From TPA_inf: Saccharomyces (lineage: Eukaryota), in the NCBI GenBank assembly GCA_000146045.2, contig BK006947.3:512001-576000 (forward strand): a stretch of 64,000 nucleotides of DNA, written 5' to 3'. A model generated the notes under the pieces. That model searched no databases. It was not told where the DNA came from and worked only from the letters and a program-made list of their open reading frames with translations. Shown here piece by piece: positions 34,413-45,919 of the stretch. The position numbers were made by a program, and so were the translations under genes. Numbering within the stretch: position 1 is the first letter of the stretch; every line of letters starts with the position of its first letter.

Positions 34413-34737
34413 CTACTACACTTCAAAATGAAATACCCCTGCATCACCAGATTCATCAACCTAAACGTACAAGACGTATGAAACACGTATGAAACAGTTG
34501 TTGCGAAAAAAACAAGATTAAGTATTTTCAAAGCCCCGGTTGCCTTGATGAACCTAAACGTATAAATAGTTGAGCAATCAGTTTAGCTCCGAAGATCTAT
34601 GCTTCCACCCTTTAGTCAGATTTAGATCCTATATAGATTATATGGGATAAGTAACATTCCGTCAATCAAGCTGCTCTTCTGACAGGTATTAATATTGTTA
34701 AGACGGCTAGTATTGACTAACTTCATGACACAACCAC
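34413..34737 (+). repeat. Diverged sigma-like (Ty3-related) solo LTR next to the canonical sigma
   Basis: Blocks align with sigma (CAAAATGAAATA, CACGTATGAAACA, GTATAAATAG, AGTTTAGCTCCGAAGATC..GCTTCCACC, GATAAGTAACATTCCGT) at roughly 70% identity. The boundaries are approximate. Confidence 0.45.
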
Positions 34738-35077
34738 TGTTGTATCTCAAAATGAGATATGTCAGTATGACAATACGTCACCCTGAACGTTCATAAAACA
34801 CATATGAAACAACCTTATAACAAAACGAACAACATGAGACAAAACCCGACCTTCCCTAGCTGAACTACCCAAAGTATAAATGCCTGAACAATTAGTTTAG
34901 ATCCGAGATTCCGCGCTTCCACCACTTAGTATGATTCATATTTTATATAATATATAAGATAAGTAACATTCCGTGAATTAATCTGATAAACCGTTTTGAC
35001 AACTGGTTACTTCCCTAAGACTGTTTATATTAGGATTGTCAAGACACTCCGGTATTACTCGAGCCCGTAATACAACA
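34738..35077 (+). repeat. Ty3 sigma solo LTR (340 bp) with TSD ACCAC (34733-34737 and 35078-35082), ending 16 bp upstream of tRNA-Pro
   Basis: It runs from TGTTGTATCTCAAAATGAGATATGTCAG to CCCGTAATACAACA, a near-perfect sigma. The position at about -17 of a Pol III gene is the characteristic Ty3 target. Confidence 0.9.
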
Positions 35078-35093
35078 ACCACACGAAATAATC

Positions 35094-35196
35094 GGGCGTG
35101 TGGTCTAGTGGTATGATTCTCGCTTTGGGCGACTTCCTGCCTAAACAGGAAGACAAAGCATGCGAGAGGCCCTGGGTTCAATTCCCAGCTCGCCCC
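35094..35196 (+). tRNA. tP(UGG): tRNA-Pro(UGG) with a 31-nt intron (35130-35160)
   Basis: The exons are GGGCGTGTGGTCTAGTGGTATGATTCTCGCTTTGGG and TGCGAGAGGCCCTGGGTTCAATTCCCAGCTCGCCCC. The anticodon is TGG, a B-box GGTTCAATTCC is present, and a T-run terminator follows. Confidence 0.95.
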
Positions 35197-36099
35197 GTTA
35201 TCTTTTTTCACCATCAGGGCGGAATTTTTTTGTTTAGCATCAATCAACCTAACCTCTCATGCTTCTCCAAGCTGAAAGAAGTAAACTCACTCTATGTACG
35301 TGTTGCAACATATATCTGCCAAAAGAATGAAAGTAGGTTCAGAACAAACAGATTGAAAGGAGACCAGTAAAACTATATGGGGGGGGTTGTTCTTCCCGCC
35401 TCCTTCTGGGATTATGAAGACGCGCTGATCTGCTATAGTTCAACGTCCTTTTCGCTTACTATTTCTGGTAAGAAATATAAGGAATTCTCGGATTAATTAC
35501 TTTTCTCGAAAGGGGATTCCGAACACCTACCGGAAAAAAATAGCAGCCCTTAAGGGGAGAGTACGGCTCTTGGCATGACGGGAGGCAGGACAGCACTAAA
35601 GGCAGACTAGTCACTGAGCGCTCCAAGTTGGGTATGATAGTATCTTCAAGTTTTGGTCGAGTAGCTATTCCTCTTCTTCAAAGCCACTTACGCTTCGCCC
35701 AATAATGTCATGATTTACAAATAAACCTTCCTCTCCGAACCCTTAAAAGTAGGCAAATTGAGAAAATTTTTTGCTCGTCTTTTTTTCTCTCGTTTCGATT
35801 ACCTTATTGGGAACTTCTCGAAGAACTCGGCGAAGAGGTCCAGAGGAAGATTACTGACTATCATCAAGCCTTGTTTCTTTTGGCCTCTTCAGTAAGCTGC
35901 AAATGCAGTATTGGCTTTTTTAAAAAAGAAAAAGAGAAGGAAAGCGGAAACTAGTCTTGTTGCTCTTCTAGTGCAGTTGTTGTTTGTTCATTTGTTTCTT
36001 AATAACAGTCAACGAGAAAACTTGCGCGTGCAGTAGGAAAATAAGTAGCAAATTACATTACATGGAAAACTTGCAACCATCTGTGAGCACAGGCGACCA

Positions 36100-37290
36100 A
36101 TGAGTACTTTCAACAGTTACAGCCAGCCAAAGGAAAGCAATGATAATAGTCATAATAATGTCAACAAGAGCAAATCGCTGTTAGATATAATATTTGGTAC
36201 TAATGTATCGGAATGGGCTTTTTCTGAGAATGCTTTAATGAAAGCTATGGATTTGAAAATAGAACAAGAAAAGACTAAGCAGCAATATTATAAACTTGAA
36301 AACTTGAATCGTTCGATAGAGTTGTTTAAGCTTGCTTCCAGTTCAGGTCTGCCCATAAATCAAATACATAAACTATTCAACACCGACCATGGCGTACCGG
36401 CGTCTTCGCCGATGAAGGCAGGGGGCAATCAACCACATAACAATACAGAAGGCACGCAATCTTCAGAAAATCTGCCCAGATTGAATGGTTCTATGAAGTC
36501 ATTAAAACCTCTAAATATGAACACAGTGTCACCAACTCCAATGAGTCGACAGCCCTCTCCATATAAGTTTCCAGCATCATCCTCTACCGGCGGTATATCA
36601 CACTCCACAGTTACAAATGTACAACGAAGAGCTAATTCTCCTGCAAGAATAGGTGCATCCGCAGTTGCTGCGTTGAATGACAATATTTCCATTAAGGAGG
36701 AAGATGTGGCTAGGCGAATTCCCTCTGGTACAAAATCTCAAGAATCGCCTTTAAACAAGAAGCCGACTTCTCTTCACAGCCGTAACTTGTCACTTCCAAT
36801 AGGAAAGTTCACCAATCCTAATATTCCTTCTACAATGACATCCATACTAAGTTTCAATAGAGACCAACAGCAGCCGCTATCTCAACCACTGCCTCCTCCT
36901 CCACAACAGCAACAGGATCTCCACACGCACAATTTACATACTATACCAAGGAAACCTGGAATGGTTCAAAAAAAGCATAGGCGTGCAAGATCCACATCCT
37001 CCTTTGGAGTGATCGATTTAAGTATTATCGATGAAGCAAAAGAAAAACAAGTACAGAGATCACCATCCCCTATACATTCTAACGTGTCCGTAGCACTTAC
37101 CTCACATGACAAACCAATTGAATCCAATATGAAGGAACAACCAAATATGCTGCAATCGGTTCGTGAAGGACGTCAAGTACACGATGACTTGGATGACAGA
37201 ACATGCAGTGAAAGCAGTAGTAGAAACGAAAGCCCCGTAAGAACCATCACAAAGGATAATTCTGTAGGCAAGATTTTAAATAGTACTTGA
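36100..37290 (+). CDS. BOP3: Bop3, S/T/P-rich protein of unknown function (396 aa)
   Basis: Length and position match. The sequence is low-complexity, S/P/Q-rich. Confidence 0.8.
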   Translation: MSTFNSYSQPKESNDNSHNNVNKSKSLLDIIFGTNVSEWAFSENALMKAMDLKIEQEKTKQQYYKLENLNRSIELFKLASSSGLPINQIHKLFNTDHGVPASSPMKAGGNQPHNNTEGTQSSENLPRLNGSMKSLKPLNMNTVSPTPMSRQPSPYKFPASSSTGGISHSTVTNVQRRANSPARIGASAVAALNDNISIKEEDVARRIPSGTKSQESPLNKKPTSLHSRNLSLPIGKFTNPNIPSTMTSILSFNRDQQQPLSQPLPPPPQQQQDLHTHNLHTIPRKPGMVQKKHRRARSTSSFGVIDLSIIDEAKEKQVQRSPSPIHSNVSVALTSHDKPIESNMKEQPNMLQSVREGRQVHDDLDDRTCSESSSRNESPVRTITKDNSVGKILNST

Positions 37291-37467
37291 GTGATCATTA
37301 TTTTCTTTTTGATGTTCCCCCTACGTATGTATACACCCATATATTATATAGATACCCGCCGCATACCAACATAAAAAAGGTAACAAATATTTGAGATATA
37401 GAGCATCGCTACATTATGGGCAAGATGCGTCTTTGTGAGACGATTTTAAACAGAAGTTGTTCATCTC

Positions 37468-39987
37468 TCAGTGATCAATACCTATCAACATGTCAAATTC
37501 ATCAGTGGAAAAATTTAAAATTTCGAATACCTGATCCTTCTTGTTCGGATACAAATGAATCAACAGTTTCCTGAAGATATTATAAAATAGCGACAACTTC
37601 TTGAAACATTCATCGCATATTTCATCAGCTATCATTGGTGACGTTAATTTAAATAGTAAATTACCTTGAACATCTGTTAACGCCTGAGGTAGATAATAGT
37701 TCAACTTATCATGCACATTTTTTCTGACCATGTCTAATTCCATCAATGAATTATCCCTCAGGGCTAAGTACATATCATAATCCAATTCATCCTTTACTGA
37801 GTCCACAGGAAAAATCATATTGACCAAATTGCTGTAAAGGTCTAAACCTGTATTCTCAAATAGGAATTTTATTTGTAAAGTTAGCATTTGCTTAGTATAT
37901 TCCTTCAGTTTATCACAAACCCAGATGGTGATTTTCCGGCTGTCATCATCTTGTGCAAACAATCCCTCAAAAGGTTGAAGTCTAGATTTAATTAAATCGA
38001 AACAGTTTATCTCTATAGTTAGCAATGATGCCTTTTCTTTTTCATTTTTTTTCGCCAAAGGAAAAGATGTTTGCAATTGTTTTAACAGAACATCTTTTAT
38101 TGGTTGTTCTACAATTGTTTGTAAATTCTTAGATGAGAGCAATTTATTATCTTCTGATTCCTCATCTTCGGCAGCATGTGTCTTTTCATAAATTTCAAAT
38201 AACTCTACCAATTTATTCATATACTCTGATAGCCACTCTGGTGGCAGTAAATCATCTGAAGAATTTTTTGTTTCCGCCATGACTGTTTGCTTCATATAGT
38301 CTTCATAGTATCCAATAATTCTGTTTTTGGAAATGTCTTCCAACGACTTTAAATTGTTAATAATAGAACTATCGTCCTGAATTCCCTTTCTCTCGAACAT
38401 AACTCTGTAAAGTTTCAGCAGCCTCACAATCTCGAAATTGATGATCGGATTTTCTTCAAACCTCACGATTTGCTCGATACGAATACGACACGAATTGGAT
38501 AGCGACTGGATGATATCGTTCAGCAATTTGTTGTCGATGCCTTTCAAGAATGTCTTGTTTTGTTGAAGTATAGAAATTGGGGTATCTTTTAAGTCTTCAT
38601 CCTGAAAGTCAAATAGTGACTTCACGAAATCAGCTTCATTTGCGATGATGGAATGAACGGACGCTAGTACGTCACCAATATACCTAATTGGATCGTGTGC
38701 CGATAATATGATGGGTTTAGAGGTAGTTGAATTCATATCGAATTGAGACAAAAACTCATCCAGAATACTCTTGGATCTCAGTGTGGTCACTCTTTTCAAC
38801 AACTCATTAAATAATTCTAGATCACTTGACAGGAAGACCAGACTCTTCCGAAAAATGTTTAAGCTTTCTTGTTCAGTAGTACCATGGTCATTTAATAAAT
38901 TTGAAGAGGATTCAAAACTATATAAAAAATCGATCAAATAATTGAAGATTTTTTTGTTTGTCTTTTCTAAAATTTCATTAACTCCCATTATCAAAGCATT
39001 TCCAGCATTCAAATTAGGAAGCGTCAGCAAGAAACTTGATTCATCTTTAATATTGATTACTTTCTTTACTACCTCGAAAAAGATGTTGTCTATAGTACCA
39101 TTGGTGATTACATCGTCCTCTACCTGATTCAAAGTAAACCTATCCCTTATAGATAACAGTATTTTTTTTTTCAGCTTCAACTGCTCTGCCTTTAAACGGT
39201 ATTGATCTATTTCCTGAAGTACCACGTTATTTGTTGGAACCTCATTTGTCTCATTACTTAGTAATTTTTCGCTCGTTCTTTGTATTTTTTCGACGGAAGA
39301 AGATAATCGTTTAATCCTTCTAATGATAGGTTTGAATTCCTCAAGTACCGTAATATGTTCCTTTAGCAGTTGAGATTCCAAATCAGTCCTCAATGCTCTT
39401 CTTGCCAAAGTACCTACATATTCAGGATTCATGAGCTTTTGTTCATCAAGGGACAATCTCTCTTTATTCTCTTCTAGAACCTTTAGGGATTTTCTTAGTT
39501 GGACTGTGGCCTGATAGTTAATCAATGTGTAATTGTTCAATATCTTGGATAGTTTATTCGAAAGAACCAAATTTGTGGTATTTTTGTTGGAACCACTTGA
39601 CGGGGATACTAATTTTGATAAATCAAGGTTTTTTGGCTCGTAATTCGTGAAATTTTGAGATTCTTGCTGCGATAGTTTTTCATCCTGGGAATTTTGCCCT
39701 AATTGTTTGCTTGGATTTGAAAGCTGTATTTTATCAATGGAAGACATTGCGTAATGTGTCATTTTCTTATGTAGGTCTTTCGAACCAGCACCATCATTAT
39801 CTACTGGCAAAGTTGCATTATTATTGGAATAACGTTGAAGGTCGGGCAACTTAAACTGTAGATCTAGTTTACCGGTGGGCTGTGACTGTGCATCTGAGGT
39901 TAAGTTTAGTCTTGGCTCAGGTTCTGGTAATTCTGGCGTGGCAGTATCCGCCATTGCGTAGGTCTGATAGTCTACAACGAAATCCAT
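37468..39987 (-). CDS. COG6: Conserved oligomeric Golgi complex subunit 6 (839 aa)
   Basis: Length and position match; the call rests mainly on its place in the chrXIV gene order rather than on recognised residues. Confidence 0.85.
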   Translation of the reverse strand: MDFVVDYQTYAMADTATPELPEPEPRLNLTSDAQSQPTGKLDLQFKLPDLQRYSNNNATLPVDNDGAGSKDLHKKMTHYAMSSIDKIQLSNPSKQLGQNSQDEKLSQQESQNFTNYEPKNLDLSKLVSPSSGSNKNTTNLVLSNKLSKILNNYTLINYQATVQLRKSLKVLEENKERLSLDEQKLMNPEYVGTLARRALRTDLESQLLKEHITVLEEFKPIIRRIKRLSSSVEKIQRTSEKLLSNETNEVPTNNVVLQEIDQYRLKAEQLKLKKKILLSIRDRFTLNQVEDDVITNGTIDNIFFEVVKKVINIKDESSFLLTLPNLNAGNALIMGVNEILEKTNKKIFNYLIDFLYSFESSSNLLNDHGTTEQESLNIFRKSLVFLSSDLELFNELLKRVTTLRSKSILDEFLSQFDMNSTTSKPIILSAHDPIRYIGDVLASVHSIIANEADFVKSLFDFQDEDLKDTPISILQQNKTFLKGIDNKLLNDIIQSLSNSCRIRIEQIVRFEENPIINFEIVRLLKLYRVMFERKGIQDDSSIINNLKSLEDISKNRIIGYYEDYMKQTVMAETKNSSDDLLPPEWLSEYMNKLVELFEIYEKTHAAEDEESEDNKLLSSKNLQTIVEQPIKDVLLKQLQTSFPLAKKNEKEKASLLTIEINCFDLIKSRLQPFEGLFAQDDDSRKITIWVCDKLKEYTKQMLTLQIKFLFENTGLDLYSNLVNMIFPVDSVKDELDYDMYLALRDNSLMELDMVRKNVHDKLNYYLPQALTDVQGNLLFKLTSPMIADEICDECFKKLSLFYNIFRKLLIHLYPNKKDQVFEILNFSTDEFDMLIGIDH

Positions 39988-41379
39988 TGTGAGTAAACTT
40001 CACTGGGGATTTTGTTACGATAATGTACAATATACTTCAGATACTACAGCTTTCGGATGAATATTTACTAGAATGAATTACTACCTTAGATGTATATTTT
40101 GTATGAAAGCGTCATTACGCCAGTTGTATGTATTTTGTCGTCTGAGACGGCAGGTGATATATAAGTAAAATGGAAGTATAAACGAACAGAAAGCAATCAT
40201 TAACAATTTACTTATAGATTTCGACTAACATACGCATCGGTAGGATTAGATACCAGTTTTTGAAATCCAATTTTTCCCTCGTATATGGAATGTGCTGAGA
40301 GTTTTCCTCAGGGATATGCGTATCAACAAAAGAGAGGTGGTAATACATGCAATCATATAGCGGTTTGTTTCTTTAATACTATATGTTGTCACTTATAATC
40401 CTGTTATATTATTGATCTTTAGGTTTCAGCTGATCCTTCTAATATCCCTCTATTGGTTTCGTAATTCGTGTTATCCTTTAAGAAGATCCTAGCGACATAA
40501 TCATACTATCAACTGTTATGTTACCGTTTGGTGAACAGTTGGCTTTTTGCTCCGGCATTTTTGATTAAAAATAGGCTCTTGTTAAGCTACTGGAATTTTT
40601 CTATATTACCAGGCTACTCTTGATATGGCACCGGAATGTAATAGGAGTTACAAGACCATTTCAAGTTAAAGAAAAATTACTGGAAAAAGGGTAGTAACGT
40701 ACGTGGACGAAATAAATAAGAAGGACGTAAATTTAATACAAATGCACAAGTAAAGTTATCGGCTCCTATTCTTCACTAATTCCATGCATATTAAGAACTG
40801 CTGGAATAAGAATTGACCGTTGCTTATTGACTAGTGGCCATGTTACTAGTATACCTATCACACACAATGTAAGAAAGTGACATAAGCCATGAGATACAAT
40901 CTCAAATCTAGTAAAAGCCGAAATACAAGAACTGATGATGTAACAGAGTAATGCATAACAACGTGCAATGCAAAGGAAGAAATAATAGTGTTATTACGTA
41001 GGACATTGATTTCCTGTCATGACTATTATATCCTCAATGAGCGCATATAATGCATTCTGTATATTCAATAATACCACCTTATCAAATAACGAATACCATC
41101 GATTATCAGTAAATTCATGTATCACTCGCGTAAATTCTGAAATTCAGCCCACTAGGAAGACGTTTATATCAGTTTACTTTTGTACAAGTGACTTATTGCA
41201 AGCAATTTGTACGAAATATGCTTACACTTTTCATTAGTAAAAGAACCAACCACCCATCATTAACATCTTTTTATTTTTTATCCTTATCGTGTAAAAAAAA
41301 CTTAAGAATAGACATCCTGGTGACGCATATCGACGAAAGCACACAACAGCGTCAAAAATTGATTAAAAGGTAAGTTATC

Positions 41380-42750
41380 ATGCCCACACCTATGACGCCT
41401 GTCAAGGTCGGCGCTTTAGCCTGCCAGAGGAACTCATTTCTCTTCGATGGGTTCAAAACACTGGTTGTTTCTTGCGAACCAACGAAGAATAAAAAGGGAG
41501 AGATTGAAGGTTATGAGATTGAACTACAAGATACTATTCTGTTCCCCGAAGGTGGGGGCCAACCAAGTGATTCTGGTTTTTTGAAAATTGTTGAAGGGAA
41601 TCGTAATTCGTCGAAAATTGAGAAGATATTAGTTTCACACGTTTCTCGTTTCGGTTTACATGCAAAGCATCATGTCAATGACTACATTGAGCCCGGAACA
41701 ACAGTGGAAGTGGCCGTGGACGAGCAAAAGAGAATGGATTATATGCAACAACATACTGGTCAACACTTGTTAAGTGCCATTCTGGAACGCAACTACAAAG
41801 TAGACACTGTATCTTGGTCGATGGGTGGTATCATCACAAAGAAAAAACCTGTTCTAGAGCCTAGCGACTATTTCAATTATATAGAGTTGAACAGGAAATT
41901 GACTCTCGACGAAATAACGAACGTATCAGATGAGATTAATCAGTTGATCATCAACTTTCCTCAGGAAATTATTGTAGAGGAAAGAATCGGTGAAGAAACA
42001 GTAGATGAAGTTAGTACATCCAAAATTCCAGACGATTACGACCTCTCCAAAGGTGTTCTACGTACTATCCACATCGGTGACATTGATTCTAACCCATGTT
42101 GTGGTACACATTTGAAATGTACCTCTCAAATAGGTTCCATTTTAATTCTTTCCAATCAATCAGCCGTAAGAGGTTCAAACTCAAGGCTCTATTTCATGTG
42201 TGGGAAGCGGGTTTCTTTGTATGCAAAATCTGTTAATAAAATTTTACTGGATTCTAAAAACTTATTGAGTTGTTCAGAAACTCAAATTTCTGAGAAGATA
42301 ACAAGGCAAACCAAACAAATTCAACAATTAAATAAAAGAGAACAGTATTGGATAAAGAGATTAGCACGTACCGCTTCTGAAGAATTAATGAACACACTGA
42401 AAGCCAGTGGAAAGAAAAGGGCTTATTTTATGGAAGAAGAATACGGAACATTGGAACTGTTGCTACAGATCCACAAGGAAGTATCTAATTTTTTGAAAGA
42501 TGATACAGAAGGTTACGAAATTATCCTATGCGGTTATGAAAGACAAACGAACACTGGCTCACTGCTAATTCTTTCGGAATCGGGTGAAAAAATTGCCAAT
42601 TTGGCTGCTAACTTAGGTTCGATACTACAAAACCTAAAAGGCGGTGGTGGTAAGAAAGGTGGCAAGTGGCAAGGTAAAATTACATCCATTTCGAATGCCG
42701 AGTTTGCCGCCCTCTCTGATTATTTAAGCCATGATTTCGCATCATGTTGA
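41380..42750 (+). CDS. YNL040W, an AlaX-like (alanyl-tRNA synthetase editing-domain) protein, 456 aa
   Basis: HxxxH...CxxxH zinc motifs (HTGQHLL ... CCGTHL) typical of AlaRS second additional domain are present. The ATG is at 41380. Confidence 0.8.
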   Translation: MPTPMTPVKVGALACQRNSFLFDGFKTLVVSCEPTKNKKGEIEGYEIELQDTILFPEGGGQPSDSGFLKIVEGNRNSSKIEKILVSHVSRFGLHAKHHVNDYIEPGTTVEVAVDEQKRMDYMQQHTGQHLLSAILERNYKVDTVSWSMGGIITKKKPVLEPSDYFNYIELNRKLTLDEITNVSDEINQLIINFPQEIIVEERIGEETVDEVSTSKIPDDYDLSKGVLRTIHIGDIDSNPCCGTHLKCTSQIGSILILSNQSAVRGSNSRLYFMCGKRVSLYAKSVNKILLDSKNLLSCSETQISEKITRQTKQIQQLNKREQYWIKRLARTASEELMNTLKASGKKRAYFMEEEYGTLELLLQIHKEVSNFLKDDTEGYEIILCGYERQTNTGSLLILSESGEKIANLAANLGSILQNLKGGGGKKGGKWQGKITSISNAEFAALSDYLSHDFASC

Positions 42751-43047
42751 GAAATGTGCCATTTGTATACGCAGATTTGTTGTATACATAATGGTAGGTA
42801 TTTATCGTGATCAAGTCTCAGGAAGTCAATAAGCATGGTCTATTCTTTTCTTTTATGTAGTTTATAATAGGCAACTTTAATGTTCCCAGAAGACGCGTTT
42901 TCCATTACTTATTATACCCAAAAAAAAAAATTAAAAAAAAACAACTTCGAACATGCAAACGCAAAGCGAAGGAAATTATAACTTTGACTTCTAACCTATT
43001 AAAGAAATACAAACAACCGGCAAGGAGCCACTGATTACCAGGTATTT

Positions 43048-44832
43048 ATGAGTAGTATTGTTAATAAAAGTGGTACACGCTTTGCCCCTAAAGTAAGGCA
43101 GCGTAGAGCCGCCACTGGAGGAACACCAACTCCAAAGCCAAGAACCCCTCAACTTTTCATTCCCGAAAGTAAAGAAATAGAAGAAGATAATAGTGATAAC
43201 GATAAAGGTGTTGATGAAAATGAAACGGCTATTGTTGAGAAACCTTCGCTAGTTGGAGAACGCTCTTTAGAAGGCTTTACCTTAACCGGCACTAATGGAC
43301 ATGATAATGAAATAGGTGATGAGGGCCCCATTGACGCCTCGACCCAGAACCCCAAAGCAGACGTTATAGAAGATAATGTGACTCTAAAACCGGCACCCTT
43401 GCAAACCCACCGAGACCAGAAGGTACCGAGATCCAGCAGATTAGCTTCACTGAGTAAGGACAACGAAAGTCGTCCAAGTTTTAAACCGTCATTTCTCGAT
43501 TCTTCCAGTAACAGTAATGGGACTGCGCGACGTTTATCTACAATCTCCAATAAGCTTCCTAAAAAGATAAGGCTTGGAAGCATTACAGAAAACGATATGA
43601 ATCTGAAAACTTTCAAAAGACATAGGGTTTTGGGCAAACCTTCTTCGGCTAAGAAACCAGCAGGTGCACACAGAATCAGTATTGTCTCCAAAATTTCTCC
43701 ACCTACGGCAATGACCGATTCTTTGGACAGGAATGAATTTTCGTCAGAAACTTCTACATCAAGAGAAGCTGATGAGAATGAAAATTATGTGATTAGCAAA
43801 GTCAAAGATATCCCGAAAAAAGTGAGAGATGGGGAGTCTGCTAAATATTTTATCGATGAAGAGAATTTTACGATGGCAGAGTTGTGTAAGCCAAACTTTC
43901 CTATTGGTCAAATATCTGAAAACTTTGAAAAATCTAAAATGGCAAAAAAGGCAAAATTGGAAAAGAGAAGGCATCTTAGAGAACTCAGAATGCGCGCACG
44001 ACAAGAATTTAAACCACTACACTCATTGACTAAAGAAGAACAGGAAGAAGAAGAGGAGAAGAGAAAGGAAGAAAGAGATAAACTACTCAACGCTGACATT
44101 CCTGAGTCAGACCGCAAAGCACATACGGCGATCCAACTGAAGCTTAACCCTGATGGTACTATGGCAATTGATGAAGAGACTATGGTTGTTGACAGACACA
44201 AAAATGCTAGTATCGAAAATGAATATAAAGAAAAAGTTGATGAAAACCCTTTTGCCAATCTTTATAATTACGGGTCGTATGGTAGGGGTTCATACACAGA
44301 CCCGTGGACTGTGGAAGAAATGATAAAGTTCTACAAGGCGCTTTCTATGTGGGGGACAGATTTCAATTTGATCTCACAATTATACCCTTATAGATCAAGA
44401 AAACAAGTGAAGGCCAAATTCGTTAATGAGGAGAAGAAACGTCCAATATTGATTGAATTGGCCCTTCGATCTAAGCTACCGCCTAATTTTGATGAGTATT
44501 GCTGCGAAATCAAGAAGAACATTGGTACAGTAGCAGACTTCAACGAGAAACTAATCGAATTACAAAACGAGCACAAACATCATATGAAGGAAATCGAAGA
44601 AGCAAAGAATACGGCAAAGGAGGAAGACCAAACTGCACAAAGGCTAAATGATGCTAATTTGAATAAAAAGGGATCTGGTGGTATTATGACAAATGATTTG
44701 AAAGTTTATAGAAAAACGGAAGTTGTTCTGGGTACAATTGATGACTTGAAAAGGAAGAAACTCAAAGAAAGGAATAATGATGACAATGAGGATAATGAAG
44801 GAAGTGAAGAAGAGCCTGAGATTGATCAATAA
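43048..44832 (+). CDS. BDP1: Bdp1 (TFIIIB B'' subunit), 594 aa
   Basis: The SANT domain (WTVEEMIKFYKALSMWGTDFNLISQLYPYRSRKQVKAKF) is present. The length matches. Confidence 0.9.
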   Translation: MSSIVNKSGTRFAPKVRQRRAATGGTPTPKPRTPQLFIPESKEIEEDNSDNDKGVDENETAIVEKPSLVGERSLEGFTLTGTNGHDNEIGDEGPIDASTQNPKADVIEDNVTLKPAPLQTHRDQKVPRSSRLASLSKDNESRPSFKPSFLDSSSNSNGTARRLSTISNKLPKKIRLGSITENDMNLKTFKRHRVLGKPSSAKKPAGAHRISIVSKISPPTAMTDSLDRNEFSSETSTSREADENENYVISKVKDIPKKVRDGESAKYFIDEENFTMAELCKPNFPIGQISENFEKSKMAKKAKLEKRRHLRELRMRARQEFKPLHSLTKEEQEEEEEKRKEERDKLLNADIPESDRKAHTAIQLKLNPDGTMAIDEETMVVDRHKNASIENEYKEKVDENPFANLYNYGSYGRGSYTDPWTVEEMIKFYKALSMWGTDFNLISQLYPYRSRKQVKAKFVNEEKKRPILIELALRSKLPPNFDEYCCEIKKNIGTVADFNEKLIELQNEHKHHMKEIEEAKNTAKEEDQTAQRLNDANLNKKGSGGIMTNDLKVYRKTEVVLGTIDDLKRKKLKERNNDDNEDNEGSEEEPEIDQ

Positions 44833-45019
44833 GAGACATTTATATGCATACATAATGGATAAATAGCACAACTTTTTGTTGTATTATATCATTTTCTTCA
44901 GGTGTACCGCGGCATCAATAAATGAAGCGATGTTCGGAAGAAAAAATTGGCAACGAAAACAGTATTATGAAAGTTACATATGAGGATCGTTCTATAAGCA
45001 AAAGAAACAAAAGGATGAT

Positions 45020-45783
45020 ATGATTAGTAAAGAGTATGAATTTGGTAAGACTAGTATACTGAATAGAAAGAAGTATACATTAGTTATCGATGAAGACAAG
45101 AATGGCAATTTTATAAGATTTACCGTTTTACCTGTATCTAACCGAAAGTTCAAAAAAGTCAAGCAAAATGGGAGGGTAGAGATTAACATGGGCATACAAT
45201 ATCACCAAATTGTACTTATTTTACTACTGAATATTTTGTTCTATGTAATTTGCCTAAGATCAAGATTTCTCGAACATATTAATAGAACTTTTGAAGTGAC
45301 AATCGCGCGAAGTTTCCAGATCTTAATTATAATGGGATTGTTTGCCTTAGGTACAATTATACTTGTGAGGGGACCTAGTGTGGAAACTGTAACAATTTTC
45401 AAAGAAAGTGGACTACAGCTGTCCAGAGTGAAGGGTATGGTTATATTTCCTCAACAATGGAATCGGAAGTTCTTTGAACAAGTAGAGTTTATATCCAATG
45501 AAAGAATTATTGATGTAGTGATCAATGAAGGATTCTGTCGGGGATTTCGAGTGATATTCTATCTTGCAGCAATTGTACGTAAATCGTCTACGCTTAAGCT
45601 ATTATTTCCAGTATGTATTCAAGCGAATTTAAGATTGTTTCTTACTTCAACGATCTGATTAGAAATACTAACACAACAATGCAGTCAAATTTGCCCAGTA
45701 TCGATGACCAACGTCTAATATACAACATATCTAGAAAATATCTCAGTAAGCAAGAAAAACCCCTGAGCAGACCAAAAGATTGA
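45020..45783 (+). CDS. GPI15: Gpi15 (GPI-GlcNAc transferase subunit), spliced: exon 1 45020-45610, intron 45611-45684, exon 2 45685-45783; 229 aa
   Basis: The 5' splice site GTATGT starts at 45611, TACTAAC is at 45666-45672, and the 3' splice site AG is at 45683-45684. Splicing replaces the ORF-track tail VCIQANL... with SNLPSIDDQRLIYNISRKYLSKQEKPLSRPKD. There are two TM segments. Confidence 0.8.
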
Positions 45784-45919
45784 ACATCAAATTATCATTA
45801 CAGAAAATCTTGAGACATTTTGGTATATACTTATATTTTAGTGTATGTTTATATATAATTATAGATAAGAATTTGAACACACTTAAGTTGCAGAACAAAA
45901 AAAAGGGGAATTGTTTTCA

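Noticed and set aside
35098-35370. A 90-aa ORF overlapping tRNA-Pro copy 1, and the analogous 56119-56406 ORF over copy 2
   Set aside because: The sequence is a tRNA gene plus its intron and terminator. The ORF is incidental.
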